A stretch of 64,000 bases of DNA, taken from a virus. The position numbers were made by a program, and so were the translations under genes. The stretch's first letter is position 1. Every line of letters starts with the position of its first letter. Where the stretch lies: the IMG/VR virus record IMGVR_UViG_3300040816_000831. One strand, 5' to 3'. Under the pieces are notes generated by a model that saw only the letters and a program-made list of their open reading frames with translations, was not told the origin of the DNA and ran no database searches. This document shows, piece by piece, positions 36,525 to 48,300 of this stretch.

Positions 36525-38127
36525 TTCCAGTCCACTCCTGTTCGAACCAGATGTTTCCATCTTCGTCTTTAGTATATTTATCCTTTTCATAGTTCCCACT
36601 CTCAACGTAGCCAAATGGTAACATATCGTCTTGAATAGCTTTTAATCTTTCTTTATATAACATATCTTTCATATCAATATTTGTTAATGATTGAAAAACA
36701 TCTGTTGTTGTAAACCATGCAAATAATACTAAATTCATCATTAAGTCATCATGATTTGGAGCAACAGCCATATAAGTATTTCCTTTACTTACAAATGTAC
36801 TCATTTCAACTATAGTATTTGCATCATTTATTTTTAATTTCTTTTGTTCTATTAAATCTTTTATACTCGAACAACCAATACGTTTTACTCTTTTTGTCAT
36901 TGTAGCACCAAGAGCATTTGCTTTAATACTTGATTCTACAAACATGTTCTCATATTCTAAATCATAATAGAGTCCATTACATACAACTCCACCTTGGTCA
37001 TTACTTTCAATTACAACATAAGCTTCGTTATATGTATTTGCATATTTGTATATAATATCTGGTAATAACATTGGAGATATATTATTATCTCTAAATACAC
37101 AAACTTGTTCAAATGGTTGTGTAGTCACATCAATAATTGTAAATGTACTATAGTCTTGATTTCTTCCCTTTGAAACATCAACAGTCATGACATACTCATG
37201 TTCAAGTTCAGGTTGTTTGTATACAAATACGTTTTCTTTATAAAATTCTGGTTCAATACTTTGTTGAGCTAATAAATAATTTGAACCTATTAATGTATTA
37301 CCTCTTCCATGAAATGTATTACCAAATTCTTGCTCAAACTGTAATTCCGAAGTATTAGATACAGTTTGTCTTTTCCACTCTTCATCTCTTCCTGGTACAT
37401 CCCACCAATCAACTCTAAAAGGTTTAAACTCATTTGTTTTTTGTACAGCACCTTCCCATAGTTTATGATATACATTACCTATTCCATTTGCCGTAGAAGT
37501 AATAATAACCTTTGTATCTTTACCAGATGAAACTACCGGATAAGTAGATGTATAAAACTGTGCGTCATTCTCTACAAAAGCAAACTCATCTAAAAATAAT
37601 AAGTTAATTGATAAACCCCTTATTGAACTACCACTTGTAGCAGAAGCTATTATCTTACTATTATTACTAAACTCTATACTACCTTTATTTAATGCCTTAC
37701 AACCTGGCTGTAAAAAGAAAGGTAAATTTTCTAGCGCAAGCGTAATACGCGCGAGCATTTCTCTAGCAACTGCTCCCTTATTAGCTAATATAGCAATTGT
37801 TTTTTCTGGATGAAATACTGCATACCATAAAAGATATACGACTGAAGAAATTGATTTACCACTTTGTCGACAAGCTAATACAATACTAAATCTACTATCA
37901 TTAAAGTGTTTAAACATCTTTTCTTGATATGGATATAAATCAAATGGAACTAAACCTTCATCTAGATTAATAATTTTAATATAAGTTCTTGCAAAATATG
38001 CAGGATTTCTCATGCACTTTTGGTATTCTAGAATATCCTCTCTTGTGAATTCAGTTTCAACACCATCTCTTTTAACAGACGGGTTGCCTAGATAACCAAA
38101 CTCATTATTCTTTAACTTTTGCATCAA
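36511..38127 (-). CDS. gp17: Terminase large subunit
   Basis: CRQSGKS, FLDEFAF, TSTANG, HDDLMM. Confidence 0.98.
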   Translation of the reverse strand: MMQKLKNNEFGYLGNPSVKRDGVETEFTREDILEYQKCMRNPAYFARTYIKIINLDEGLVPFDLYPYQEKMFKHFNDSRFSIVLACRQSGKSISSVVYLLWYAVFHPEKTIAILANKGAVAREMLARITLALENLPFFLQPGCKALNKGSIEFSNNSKIIASATSGSSIRGLSINLLFLDEFAFVENDAQFYTSTYPVVSSGKDTKVIITSTANGIGNVYHKLWEGAVQKTNEFKPFRVDWWDVPGRDEEWKRQTVSNTSELQFEQEFGNTFHGRGNTLIGSNYLLAQQSIEPEFYKENVFVYKQPELEHEYVMTVDVSKGRNQDYSTFTIIDVTTQPFEQVCVFRDNNISPMLLPDIIYKYANTYNEAYVVIESNDQGGVVCNGLYYDLEYENMFVESSIKANALGATMTKRVKRIGCSSIKDLIEQKKLKINDANTIVEMSTFVSKGNTYMAVAPNHDDLMMNLVLFAWFTTTDVFQSLTNIDMKDMLYKERLKAIQDDMLPFGYVESGNYEKDKYTKDEDGNIWFEQEWTGNAKF

Positions 38128-38515
38128 TCACATTATCTCTATCTAATAAAAGTCTTTGCAAGTCAGTTGTACTACCTACAAACATATTATTATTTGTCAC
38201 ATTTTTTTGTTTTTCAGTCTCATCTGCTGTTAAGTCTTTCTTTTTCTTTTGTAAAGACATAAGCTTTTCAGTAGTATCACCAATATTTTTTATTGTTTGA
38301 GCAAGCACTTCAAAAGCTCTTGGATGTTCAGATTCTCTCGCAAGTTCTGCAAGTACGTCCATAGAGCGAGTACCTGTATATATTAAGTCTTTATAAGTTT
38401 TTCGTGAAAACTCATAATCATCTTTAATATCTTTATCTATTTTAATAGGTCTGTTCTGTCTTACTTCTGGCAAATTCTTTTCTAAATTTGCAGTCATTTT
38501 TTCTTTTTTATCCAT
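38105..38515 (-). CDS. gp16: Terminase small subunit
   Basis: DYEFSR, ESEHPRAFEV, FVGSTTDLQ. Confidence 0.93.
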   Translation of the reverse strand: MDKKEKMTANLEKNLPEVRQNRPIKIDKDIKDDYEFSRKTYKDLIYTGTRSMDVLAELARESEHPRAFEVLAQTIKNIGDTTEKLMSLQKKKKDLTADETEKQKNVTNNNMFVGSTTDLQRLLLDRDNVIDAKVKE

Positions 38516-39264
38516 TATCCACCTTCAGTAATAGTTTCCGTTACCGTGAAACTATCAGCATTATCAGAAGCACCAACAGTAAAATCTATTTCCTCAAACG
38601 TTCTACCTACGTTATCTTTTTCGTGGAAATCTAGATTGACTTCACGTATTATTGCTTGGTCGGATGTTGGACCAAAAAACTTCATTTTCATTGTAAAGTC
38701 TAATTGATAGATTAATACTCTTCTTTCTGTAAAGTCTCCTTCATATTGGTCGTCTATAGCAATTGAACCAAGTATTACAGAAACATCTTGTTTATAATCA
38801 AACCCTGTGACTGGCTTGATTGTGACATTATACTCTGGTTGAAAATATGGTAATATTTGTTCTACTATTTGTAAACCATCATCTTGATTTTTTGCCATAA
38901 TATATAATGACATTCCAATATCGTATGAAGTATAATGCTTTATTGTTTTCTTTTTAGTAACATCTGAAGCATGTGTTTCAGATATAATATTTCTTTTAGC
39001 TAACTTTTGAGTAGTATCTAAAGTAACGCCACTAATTTCAAAGGCCATTCTTGGTAATTTGATAGCCATTTGAGCATCAAATCCAGTTTCTTGGTCTAAT
39101 CTAGCTAAAAACTTTTGTTTAGGTCCATACGCTAATGGAACTCTTATTTGATTTAAAATACTACCATCAGCTGCAGTTCTTGCAACTTTTAAATTATTAA
39201 ACAATGTACCAAAGACTGCAACAGACTTTCTCATTGTAGCATGATAAAAATGGTCACCAAACAT
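38515..39264 (-). CDS. gp15: Tail sheath stabilizer
   Basis: FGTLFN, VPLAYGPKQKF, LPRMAFE, EQILPYFQP. Confidence 0.95.
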   Translation of the reverse strand: MFGDHFYHATMRKSVAVFGTLFNNLKVARTAADGSILNQIRVPLAYGPKQKFLARLDQETGFDAQMAIKLPRMAFEISGVTLDTTQKLAKRNIISETHASDVTKKKTIKHYTSYDIGMSLYIMAKNQDDGLQIVEQILPYFQPEYNVTIKPVTGFDYKQDVSVILGSIAIDDQYEGDFTERRVLIYQLDFTMKMKFFGPTSDQAIIREVNLDFHEKDNVGRTFEEIDFTVGASDNADSFTVTETITEGG

Positions 39265-40208
39265 TAGTATGTCTCCGATGGGTCGCCAAATGGATTTGAT
39301 TCTGAGAAATCAATAAATCCATCAGCATTTATTTCAAAGTCTATATTTTGAGCTTCTTCATCAGCAATCCAAGAGTTTCCTGTTAAATCAGTGACATCGC
39401 TATAAACTTTTGCTATTGTTCCAGTATATGCGCTTGTTCTACCTGTTAGTGTTCCACCTACAGTAAAGTCCTTTGCTGACGTTGAGCCTGATGTACCAAT
39501 ATTAGATACCCATAGTTTACTTAAAATATTAGATGGTTTCTTTCTTTGTTGTACTTCACCAAATACAATAACTGCTGGAGTATCTCCTACAGCTGCTGTA
39601 ATAGTTTGTTCTACTATTTCTCCTACTGCAAAATGATTTCCACCTGATATCGTAACATCTATTGGAAGTTGATAAGCAGCTTTTGCTGTTGAAGTATCTA
39701 TTGACTCAACACCTGTTTCAAAGTCCTCATCACTATATTCAAATAGTGAGCATTGCATTTTGTATACAGGTAAGTTAGATAATTGATAGAATGGTGATTC
39801 GTCTTCTACAAAAGTTATCTCAAAAAATGAATTGGTCATTGGTAAGAAGATTAAATCTCCTTCTTGTGGTCTTGGGTCAACAACATTATCTGAGAATGCA
39901 CCAACTCTTGTTTCCCATCTTCTTCTTGATACGATAAAGGTAGCATCGTCTCGTATTTCTAAACCAAATTTAGAATATAAATCTCCAGCACCTTCAAACC
40001 CTTCAGTATTTTCAATGTACATTTCTAAGAGATATGCATCATCAAATTTTCCTGCAGGGTCTTCGTTAAGTATACTATCTCTATTTACAAGAGTACGTGG
40101 AATGTAATAAACATCTTGTCCATATATTCCTAATGATTCTATTATCAGGTCTTCGTATAAGTGTTGTTCACTTTTGACGGCCTGAGAAAAGTATACGTTT
40201 CTCGGCAT
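39264..40208 (-). CDS. gp14: Neck protein
   Basis: YGQDVYYIPR, SKFGLEIRD, RPQEGDLI, DFSESNPFG. Confidence 0.95.
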   Translation of the reverse strand: MPRNVYFSQAVKSEQHLYEDLIIESLGIYGQDVYYIPRTLVNRDSILNEDPAGKFDDAYLLEMYIENTEGFEGAGDLYSKFGLEIRDDATFIVSRRRWETRVGAFSDNVVDPRPQEGDLIFLPMTNSFFEITFVEDESPFYQLSNLPVYKMQCSLFEYSDEDFETGVESIDTSTAKAAYQLPIDVTISGGNHFAVGEIVEQTITAAVGDTPAVIVFGEVQQRKKPSNILSKLWVSNIGTSGSTSAKDFTVGGTLTGRTSAYTGTIAKVYSDVTDLTGNSWIADEEAQNIDFEINADGFIDFSESNPFGDPSETY

Positions 40209-40211
40209 GTT

Positions 40212-40961
40212 TTATCCTGTCATGAAGTCGACTGGTTGTTCCCAATTAAGCCTAGCTTCTTCTTCTAATTTTACTAATTCTTCGTTTGCGTCATCAAACA
40301 ATTGACGACCATTGAACGTTACTCCACCTGGCATTACCATACCTTCAAACTTAATTAAGTTTTGTCCCCATTGTCTTTTTAATAGTGCAGTACAATATCT
40401 TTTTAAGAAATAATCGTTATAAACATCAGTATATGTGTCAGGGTCTATTACTCTATAACATTCTACAATTAAGTAATCACCAACAATAACTTCTTCAGAC
40501 CAGTCCATAAATATTTCTAATCTATTTTTATGTCTTTCAAAGTTGATATGTTTTTCATCTGAATCGACAACAACATCTAATAAAGATAAGAATTGTCTTG
40601 ACATTACGTATTCAGTTAAATTACCCATAAAGCCGACTGAATGAATATCGTTTAAATGTATTTGATATCTTATATCAAACATATCAGTTGATGTAACAGA
40701 ATCTCTGATAGGCATAACTCTTACAACATCTGTAATTAAGTCATTGATTGCAATATATTTATTATCGATATCTGTTTGAGTGACTTGATGTTTTAAATAA
40801 AATTTTTCAATTGAATCTGCGTGATATGTTTGATAAAATTGTAAAGCTTCATCAACTCTGTCATCAATTTGGTCATCATCTATATTAATCTCAATCACTG
40901 GTGCACCCAATGACCTTAAACAATAATCGATAAATGTTTGTTTACTATTTGGTTTTGCCAT
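40212..40961 (-). CDS. gp13: Neck protein
   Basis: LGAPVIEIN, KRQWGQNL.KF.G..MPGGVT; late promoter 40982-40989. Confidence 0.95.
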   Translation of the reverse strand: MAKPNSKQTFIDYCLRSLGAPVIEINIDDDQIDDRVDEALQFYQTYHADSIEKFYLKHQVTQTDIDNKYIAINDLITDVVRVMPIRDSVTSTDMFDIRYQIHLNDIHSVGFMGNLTEYVMSRQFLSLLDVVVDSDEKHINFERHKNRLEIFMDWSEEVIVGDYLIVECYRVIDPDTYTDVYNDYFLKRYCTALLKRQWGQNLIKFEGMVMPGGVTFNGRQLFDDANEELVKLEEEARLNWEQPVDFMTG

Positions 40962-41005
40962 ATTTAATTCCTATTATATTCTATTTATAATAGTTTTACC
41001 CTTAC

Positions 41006-41611
41006 TTATACACTTAGTGTTCCGGAACGTAAGGCATAAAGTGTGTAGCCATATTCCTTAATTCTATTATTTGATGGGTCGGTAGTTTCAAATCTTACAC
41101 CATAATGTGAATTAAACCTATTATGTACTCCAGCTCCACCAATATGCGATGCTAAAGAAGTGGAAATTCTATGGGTTCCATGCCACCAAACATTTGGAAA
41201 AGCATTACCTGTACCTCGTGTTGGGTCAGAAATATTAATTGTATAATTGCCCATATAAGCGTTGAGTTCATTACCTGTTTTTAAAGCCGTAATTGGAAAT
41301 CCTCTACGATTATTAAAGCTTAAATCATTATTACTAATATCTCCATTACCTTCTCCATGAGAATAATAACCTCCATAACATCCAATTGTGTCTAGTGTAT
41401 TTGCAGCACTCATTGGTGTCATAAGTAGTGCATACCCATTAACTTCAACATTATGTAATTCGATTATAAATCTACCATAACCTGCATTTCTAGCACTGGA
41501 ATATTCAACATCAAAATGAGATACACTAGTACTTGTATAACCACTGCTCCAAACTACTCCAGGACCTTCTGATTTTTTAGCAGTTGTTCCGTCTGTAATA
41601 TATAAAGGCAT
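41006..41611 (-). CDS. Tail-fibre-associated hypothetical protein
   Basis: Beta-rich G/S/N protein coupled to upstream fibre gene. Confidence 0.6.
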   Translation of the reverse strand: MPLYITDGTTAKKSEGPGVVWSSGYTSTSVSHFDVEYSSARNAGYGRFIIELHNVEVNGYALLMTPMSAANTLDTIGCYGGYYSHGEGNGDISNNDLSFNNRRGFPITALKTGNELNAYMGNYTINISDPTRGTGNAFPNVWWHGTHRISTSLASHIGGAGVHNRFNSHYGVRFETTDPSNNRIKEYGYTLYALRSGTLSV

Positions 41612-44600
41612 TAGTCTGTTACCTCCGTAAGATTAAATTTATATTTTTTACCATTTCTTCTATTAATTAAGAATAAATCATCAGCACCTTCTTGTATTGT
41701 CCAAGAACCATTTGTTCCATCAACTTCATTGCCTTCTCTTGTATATGCATTTCCTTCCATATCCTCGCCTTCCGGTGGCATATTTGATAAGTTAAGGTCA
41801 TTAGTATAGATATTTCTATAACCAGATGAAGCAGAACCTAAATCAAAAGTATTATTTACTCTTGGAAGTTGATGACCGGCTTCTGTCCAAATAGTATGGT
41901 AATCTGCCATTGTATCATTACCTATACCAAAGTTTCTATTACCGGCCCCATAAGGATTAATGCCCATTACAACTTTATAAGCACATGCTGGGTTTGCATC
42001 ATTTAAAAAATCAGATTCAGTAGCACCATTAATAAATGCCATACTTATTTCAGCGTCTGAAGTATTAGCTATTCTAAAATGACCCCAACTTGCATAAGAG
42101 TTAGAGGCTATTACTCCCATTCTACCACCACTTACATGTAACTTTCCTGTAGGACTATCAGTTCCAATACCAACGTTGCCGAGATATGGTTGTAATACTA
42201 AATTATATGCGGCAGTAGCATTGTAGTTACTAACATCAATATAATATGCGCCTGTACCATTATCCATAGCACCTATTCTAAGAGCATCACTTCCGGCGAT
42301 ATTTCCGTTAAAGTAAGCTACTGCACCAGAGACAATAGTTGCTGAATTTGTTACTGCACCACCACCCGCTCTTGATACATAAAATGGTAAACGTGCTGTC
42401 GTGTCGGCAACAAGAGCCCTTCCAGCAACTTGAAGATTCCACGAAGGTGAAATTACTCCGATACCAACGTTGCCGTTTGTATGAATACGCATACGCTCTG
42501 TATATGATCCACCACCCATAAACTTAACAGGAGCATTTGCAGACCAGCCGTATTCTAATTCATTACTACTATTCGCCCGCATAATTGTGCGAATAGTTCC
42601 GCCAGTATCTTTAGTTCGTATCTCTAGTGCGTTATTTAGGAGTATATTACCTCCTGATATGTGCAGTTTTTCTGCTGGAGAACTTGTTCCGATACCAACG
42701 TTGCCTGAGCTATTAATTCTTATTCCTACATTAGAATCAGAAAAGCCTATCCCATGCAATATTTTAAATTCGTCATCCGTATCAACACCCCATGACCACC
42801 ATTGGGCAGCATCATTTGAATCAGTAGAAGCAATTAAATTAAGTGCTTTTTTCGATGTGCCAACTGCACTTAATTGAGTTAATCTATCTTGTGTAGGCTC
42901 AGCACCTTTAATATGTAATGATGCATCTGCAGTACTACCTTCAGTTGCTCCTGTATTTATGATTTGCATTGAAGCATTATAGATATCAAGTTTTGAATTA
43001 TTACCTACATTATTTGTTCCAATTCCAATACTTCCATTACTTAAATCCATTGTCAATATATTATTTGTAATAAAAGAATTTCCAGCATCATTTAATGAAC
43101 CAAATTTACCAATTCCTCCATCTACAACAAAATTTAAATGTTTATCATCTGTAGAACCTGAGTAATCAATTAAATCTAAATGAGCTCCATCGCCACCATT
43201 TATTACAATCCTTGCTCTTTGACTTGTATCTTGTACTTGTAAAACAGTGGCTGCATTATCTGTATAACTTGCCCATGAATTAGGACTATCAGTTCCAATT
43301 CCAACATTGCCTAAACTATCAATACGCATAGCTTCTGCTGGAGTTCCTGCATGATTAGTCCAAAACACCAAATTTGTTGGATTACCACTAGCTGCTGTGT
43401 TTTCAGCATAAAGACCAACACCACCATTAAACGAAACAGTTCCACCATTACTTGAAACAGTATAAGTAGTACTTGTAGCTCCTAATCCAATTCCTGATGC
43501 CTTTGGATAAGTTCCAGTAGTGCTGTGATTTACATTTAAAACACTACCACTATTAATAGTTCCTGCAAAGGTAGCATTTTGTGATGCATCTAGTGTAAGA
43601 GCACTAGATGCACCAGTGAAGAAACTCATTGTATCTCCATTAACACTTACTCTATTGCCATTATTTGTTGAGCTACTATCTTCAATAATTATAGCCGCAC
43701 CTGCATCTGTTGATTCAAATTTAGCAACATAATCGTATGGTGTGGAAGTAACTAAAGGAAAAGAACCAATAGAATTGGAAAATATTCCTGTATTAGTAGT
43801 AGTTGTAAAAACGCCCGCAGAGATAGTTCCTGTTACGTCTATGCCTGTTGAGGTGGCGGTTAGTATATCGCCTGTACCATTTAAATGTATCCTGTAACTA
43901 CCATCAGAAACAGCTCTGTTATACCAAGGCTGATTAGAACCTTGCTTTATACCAAACTGGTAATCTGAGCCTGTTAAATCTAATCTCTCTTCACTTGCAT
44001 CCCAAAAGAACTTAGCCGTAGTTCCTGTATCTTCGTAAAAAGAGATGTCTCCGTTGTTGGCTATGTTTAGCCTAGTATCCCCATCAGTATATAGCCTTAC
44101 AGCCCCTGAGCCTGTGCCTGACTGATAAACAACAAAATCTTCCGTTGAGTCTCCACTTACGCCAACGTACCAAGGAACAGACGATACTGCACTTTCAAAA
44201 CTAATTTGAGAGCCATTGTTTGTACTATTAATAGCGATACCAGTAAGACTGGTTGTGTTTACAGCTATAGCACCATCAACAGTCAAACCATCCATTGTGG
44301 CTGTACCTGTTACATTAATATCTTTATTAAAGTCCCATTCGTCGTTAGTACCATCATAGATAATTGTGGCTGATGCTCCATCTACTGTAATTCCAGCGCC
44401 ATTAGCTGCAGCCGCATTGGCTGCTCCTGATGCTAATGTGAGATTTAAATCATCTACTGTCATTGTAGTAGAATTAATTGTAGTTGTTGTACCATCAACT
44501 TGTAAATTACCAGCGATAACGACTGTTCCAGTATTGTTTCCTACTGCAGCCGGGTCGATAGTAAATGTTGCTGGACCTGCTATATATCCAGTTGTTGTAA

Positions 44601-45009
44601 TATTACCAAAGGTCGGAGTAGCAGACGTTCCTACATCTTGTCCTATTGCAATAGCACCTGATGAATATGTAACTCCAGTTCCACCAGATAAATGCGAATC
44701 TATTCTTGCATTTGTGAAATATAAATTAGTTGAGCCTTCTGTTAAATCATCTGTTGTCGCAGCTGCAATTCGAGCATCTGCTCTTGCATCCGTATAATAA
44801 AGATTAGTACTTCCTTCTGATACATCATCAGTATCAATTGAAGTTAAATTACTTGTTGATACGGTAAACGAGGTATGCAACATTGCAGCAGTAATAGTAT
44901 TATCTGCAACATGGTCGCTTGTAATATAGTCATTCGGTATTTTACCAGTATTTAACTGACCATTACCATCTACTAATTGTGCTAATCTTCTGTTTATTGT
45001 ATATGCCAT
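41611..45009 (-). CDS. Tail fibre protein
   Basis: TDD(L/V)xEGSTNLY repeats, multiple GNVGIGT repeats, C-terminal NEVDGTNGSWTIQEG...KKYKF domain. Confidence 0.8.
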   Translation of the reverse strand: MAYTINRRLAQLVDGNGQLNTGKIPNDYITSDHVADNTITAAMLHTSFTVSTSNLTSIDTDDVSEGSTNLYYTDARADARIAAATTDDLTEGSTNLYFTNARIDSHLSGGTGVTYSSGAIAIGQDVGTSATPTFGNITTTGYIAGPATFTIDPAAVGNNTGTVVIAGNLQVDGTTTTINSTTMTVDDLNLTLASGAANAAAANGAGITVDGASATIIYDGTNDEWDFNKDINVTGTATMDGLTVDGAIAVNTTSLTGIAINSTNNGSQISFESAVSSVPWYVGVSGDSTEDFVVYQSGTGSGAVRLYTDGDTRLNIANNGDISFYEDTGTTAKFFWDASEERLDLTGSDYQFGIKQGSNQPWYNRAVSDGSYRIHLNGTGDILTATSTGIDVTGTISAGVFTTTTNTGIFSNSIGSFPLVTSTPYDYVAKFESTDAGAAIIIEDSSSTNNGNRVSVNGDTMSFFTGASSALTLDASQNATFAGTINSGSVLNVNHSTTGTYPKASGIGLGATSTTYTVSSNGGTVSFNGGVGLYAENTAASGNPTNLVFWTNHAGTPAEAMRIDSLGNVGIGTDSPNSWASYTDNAATVLQVQDTSQRARIVINGGDGAHLDLIDYSGSTDDKHLNFVVDGGIGKFGSLNDAGNSFITNNILTMDLSNGSIGIGTNNVGNNSKLDIYNASMQIINTGATEGSTADASLHIKGAEPTQDRLTQLSAVGTSKKALNLIASTDSNDAAQWWSWGVDTDDEFKILHGIGFSDSNVGIRINSSGNVGIGTSSPAEKLHISGGNILLNNALEIRTKDTGGTIRTIMRANSSNELEYGWSANAPVKFMGGGSYTERMRIHTNGNVGIGVISPSWNLQVAGRALVADTTARLPFYVSRAGGGAVTNSATIVSGAVAYFNGNIAGSDALRIGAMDNGTGAYYIDVSNYNATAAYNLVLQPYLGNVGIGTDSPTGKLHVSGGRMGVIASNSYASWGHFRIANTSDAEISMAFINGATESDFLNDANPACAYKVVMGINPYGAGNRNFGIGNDTMADYHTIWTEAGHQLPRVNNTFDLGSASSGYRNIYTNDLNLSNMPPEGEDMEGNAYTREGNEVDGTNGSWTIQEGADDLFLINRRNGKKYKFNLTEVTD
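44272..44660 (-). repeat. ~130-codon block duplicated at about 48189-48575
   Basis: GQDV.TS.TPTFGNITTTGYIAGPATFTIDPAAVG...EWDFNKDINVTGTATMDGLTVDG near-identical in two fibre genes. Confidence 0.85.
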
Positions 45010-45017
45010 TTAACTAT

Positions 45018-45371
45018 TTATCCCTCTGGTTTTTCTGGCCACACAACATCATCTAAGGATGTATATGTTTCAGTTATATCTCTTAATGCTTGACGATATG
45101 TTTGCCATGATAACCTAATGTCTTCTGGTATATCTGAATTTTGTGTCCAATCACAACTACTCAATAACATATTTCTTTCTGCTCTTAGTCGTTTTAATTT
45201 TATGCTATTTTCAGCTGATATTCCCCATTCATCTAATTGTTCTCTTGTAGGCGGTTCTGAATCTTCATTCCATTCTAATATATTACCTCGCAAAGTTATA
45301 TCTAATTCATGACCTCTGTTATTCATTATTCCTATAAACTGTTCGTATGTTATATTTTCTATCTTAATCAT
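45018..45371 (-). CDS. Tail fibre assembly chaperone-like protein
   Basis: LRAERN.LL..CDWTQ...W..YRQALRDIT...VVWPEKP. Confidence 0.8.
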   Translation of the reverse strand: MIKIENITYEQFIGIMNNRGHELDITLRGNILEWNEDSEPPTREQLDEWGISAENSIKLKRLRAERNMLLSSCDWTQNSDIPEDIRLSWQTYRQALRDITETYTSLDDVVWPEKPEG

Positions 45372-48300
45372 TAGAACGTTCCTTGTAATATTTCTGTTGC
45401 AACAAATCCATACGGTTGTACAGGATAAGCATCATCACTACCAAAACCATTAGCTACACCAATTTGAATAAATGAATTGCCGCCGGCGTGATATAATACT
45501 AACCTATATGCTATTGTTTGGCCTTCATCACTAAAGTCTGGGTCATCAATGATACAAGAATATTTAGAAGTTGTTCTATATCTATCTTGTTGTGACATAT
45601 AGGTATTAGGGTCTGTGTTGTCAGAACCAACTCTTGGCGGCGATAATTCTATATGAGCTTGTTGTGCTCCTTGACTGAAACCATCAACTCCTAAATCACT
45701 ACAATCAGTCCAAGTACCACCATTTATACTTCTTTGCATTCTACCATATCGATATGGATTTTGATTTTGATTTCCACCATTAGCATCATCTGTCGTATTT
45801 ACATTACAAAAAATATCTATTTTAAAATGACTATTTTTACTCATAGGTGTATAAGTAGCACTTGTGCTTAATACTACAGCACCTGTAGAGGTTGTATTCA
45901 TAGGTGAAGTTTGTATACCATCAATTAAAATTCCTTTAGGGTCACGATATACAGCTTTTGTTCCATTACTATAACCAGACAATGATGATAAAGTACTCAT
46001 TGACCAACCAACTGCATAGTTTTCAAGTACATTTTGAAAACCTTGTACAAAATCAGTGACTGCTAATTCGCACCTTGCAACACCACTCGTAGTTCCTAAA
46101 AAGACTGTAACCTTACCACTAGGATTAGTTAAAAATTGTATTTCTCCTACCCATTCTTCTGGCATCGTTCCTTGAACAGTTGTATTATAAAAATTATTTT
46201 CGCCAGAATAGCAACCTAAAACCATATCAATGGCGCCACCATTATTTGAGTTATACCAATATCCTACAACTCTAAATGAAAACATATTAGCATTACCGGA
46301 TTGGTTATGGCCAGGTATATTTGTATGAATAGCTACACCGGTATCAGAAGATGAATAAAAACTGCCAGTACATAAATGAGTATAAAAATTAGTTCCAGAA
46401 TCTGTTGAAGAATGAATAGGCTTCTGCACATCAACTACTCGTGTAGGTTGTAAACTAATATCCATGCCTGTATTTTGTGCTTCTATTACGAAATGTGATT
46501 CTTGATTAAGTTCAACAGATTTACTAGTAGATGTATTTTGTAATCTAAGTGTTGCAGTGCCAGCTTTTTCTATTTCTAGTCCTTCGCCAGCTGTAAAACT
46601 AGCCGCACCACCACTTCCAATTTTAAGGTTTCCATCATAATACATTCCGGGATTTCCACCACCTCCACCATACCATCGATATGACCCTTGGTTTGTGTTA
46701 AAGAATGCATAGTTAGAAGCATTAGAACTTATTCCTGTATTAAAAAATCCACCATCTTGACACACATATTGAGTGTATGTTTCAGCTGCAGAATCTTCGT
46801 TTTCCAGTCTTATTAATAAAGCTCCGGAATCATGTTTAATGTGTAATTTTTCACTAGGATTAGTTTCACCAATACCAACATTACCGTCATACCTAAGTGT
46901 TAATTTTTCTTGTCTAATATTACCAGCTTCAGTTACATAGAAATGTAAATTTCCATCTTCAGAGCTATTAGTATTATCAACTATACTAGCACCTATTCCA
47001 CCATATTCTATTTTTGTATCTGAACTATTTTTTAAAGAGAAATGAAGATTCGAACCACCACCAACTGTATTATGAGCCATGTGCAAATCTAAAATACCAT
47101 ATTCTTGAGATGCCCCAGTATAATTAGACTTTGTTATAACAAATGGAACTGGTGTATTGGACCCTGTATGCTCAAACAACGTTTGTTCAGCGCCATTACC
47201 CACATCAACATAAAACGCATTATTAGTTGCACCGTTATTATTAACTACAAAAAGCGCCTGTGGGTTGTCTTCATTAATACCAACATAACCATTAGACTTA
47301 ATTACTATTTTATCACTATATACTGCACTAGCATATCTTGTAATTCTAAAGGTATCATCACCTTTAACTGTATATAATCCCCATGCATTTGAGGTGTCAT
47401 ATTCTTGTAAATGAATTCCAGTATTAGTATCATAAGGAGCTTTAACTGTAAGTGTAGCATTATCTAATGGTGTTGTACCAATAGCAACTTTGCCCGATGA
47501 GTCGATGGTCATACGAGCGAGTCTGCCATCAGTGTTTGATGTGGCAAAAACTATAGGTGAACTAGCAGTATTGGCATTTCCAAAAATTTGCGACTCAATT
47601 CTAAACTCATTAGAATTGTCATATATTCTATATACGTTATTCCCTGATGAGTAATTTTCGGAAACATAAAGACCCGTACCATTTGTTCTTACAGCACCTT
47701 CAACATCTAACTTAAAGGCTGCATTAGGACTAGTCGTTCCAATTCCAACTCTGCCAGTTGACCTAACAACCATTTTATAGCCGCCATCTGCATAAACACC
47801 CATAACAGTTGCATCATGCGCTGCTGTGGCATCTGACCTAACTAATAATCCTTGTGCGTTTGCATCTGAACCTGTGTTATATATTCTTGAAATCCATGTA
47901 TCTTTATCTGCTTCTACAGTCAAACCATCAGCAACAACTGTACCTGTTACGTCTATACCAGATGCAGTAACCCTCATTCTTTCACCACCATCAACATTAA
48001 GAACCATCTCATTAGTTCCAGTGTCGTCTAATAGTAAATAATTGTTAGTGCTTTTTAACACAACACCATTTTCTGCATCAATAGTTAAACCATTACTTAC
48101 GTAAGTGTCATCTGTGTAGATTTTGTTTACAGGAGTAGAGCTAGTATTAAACCGAAGCTCATTACCTTCAGAATTAAAAAGAATATTGCCATCAACAGTC
48201 AACCCATCCATCGTGGCTGTACCTGTTACATTTATGTCTTTATTAAAATCCCACTCATCATTTGTTCCATCGTATGTAATAGTTGCACTTGCACCATCGA

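Noticed and set aside
10428-38127. Introns, inteins or homing endonucleases in gp43, gp17, gp20, gp23, uvsW
   Set aside because: All are uninterrupted and of normal length; no LAGLIDADG, GIY-YIG or HNH ORF seen.
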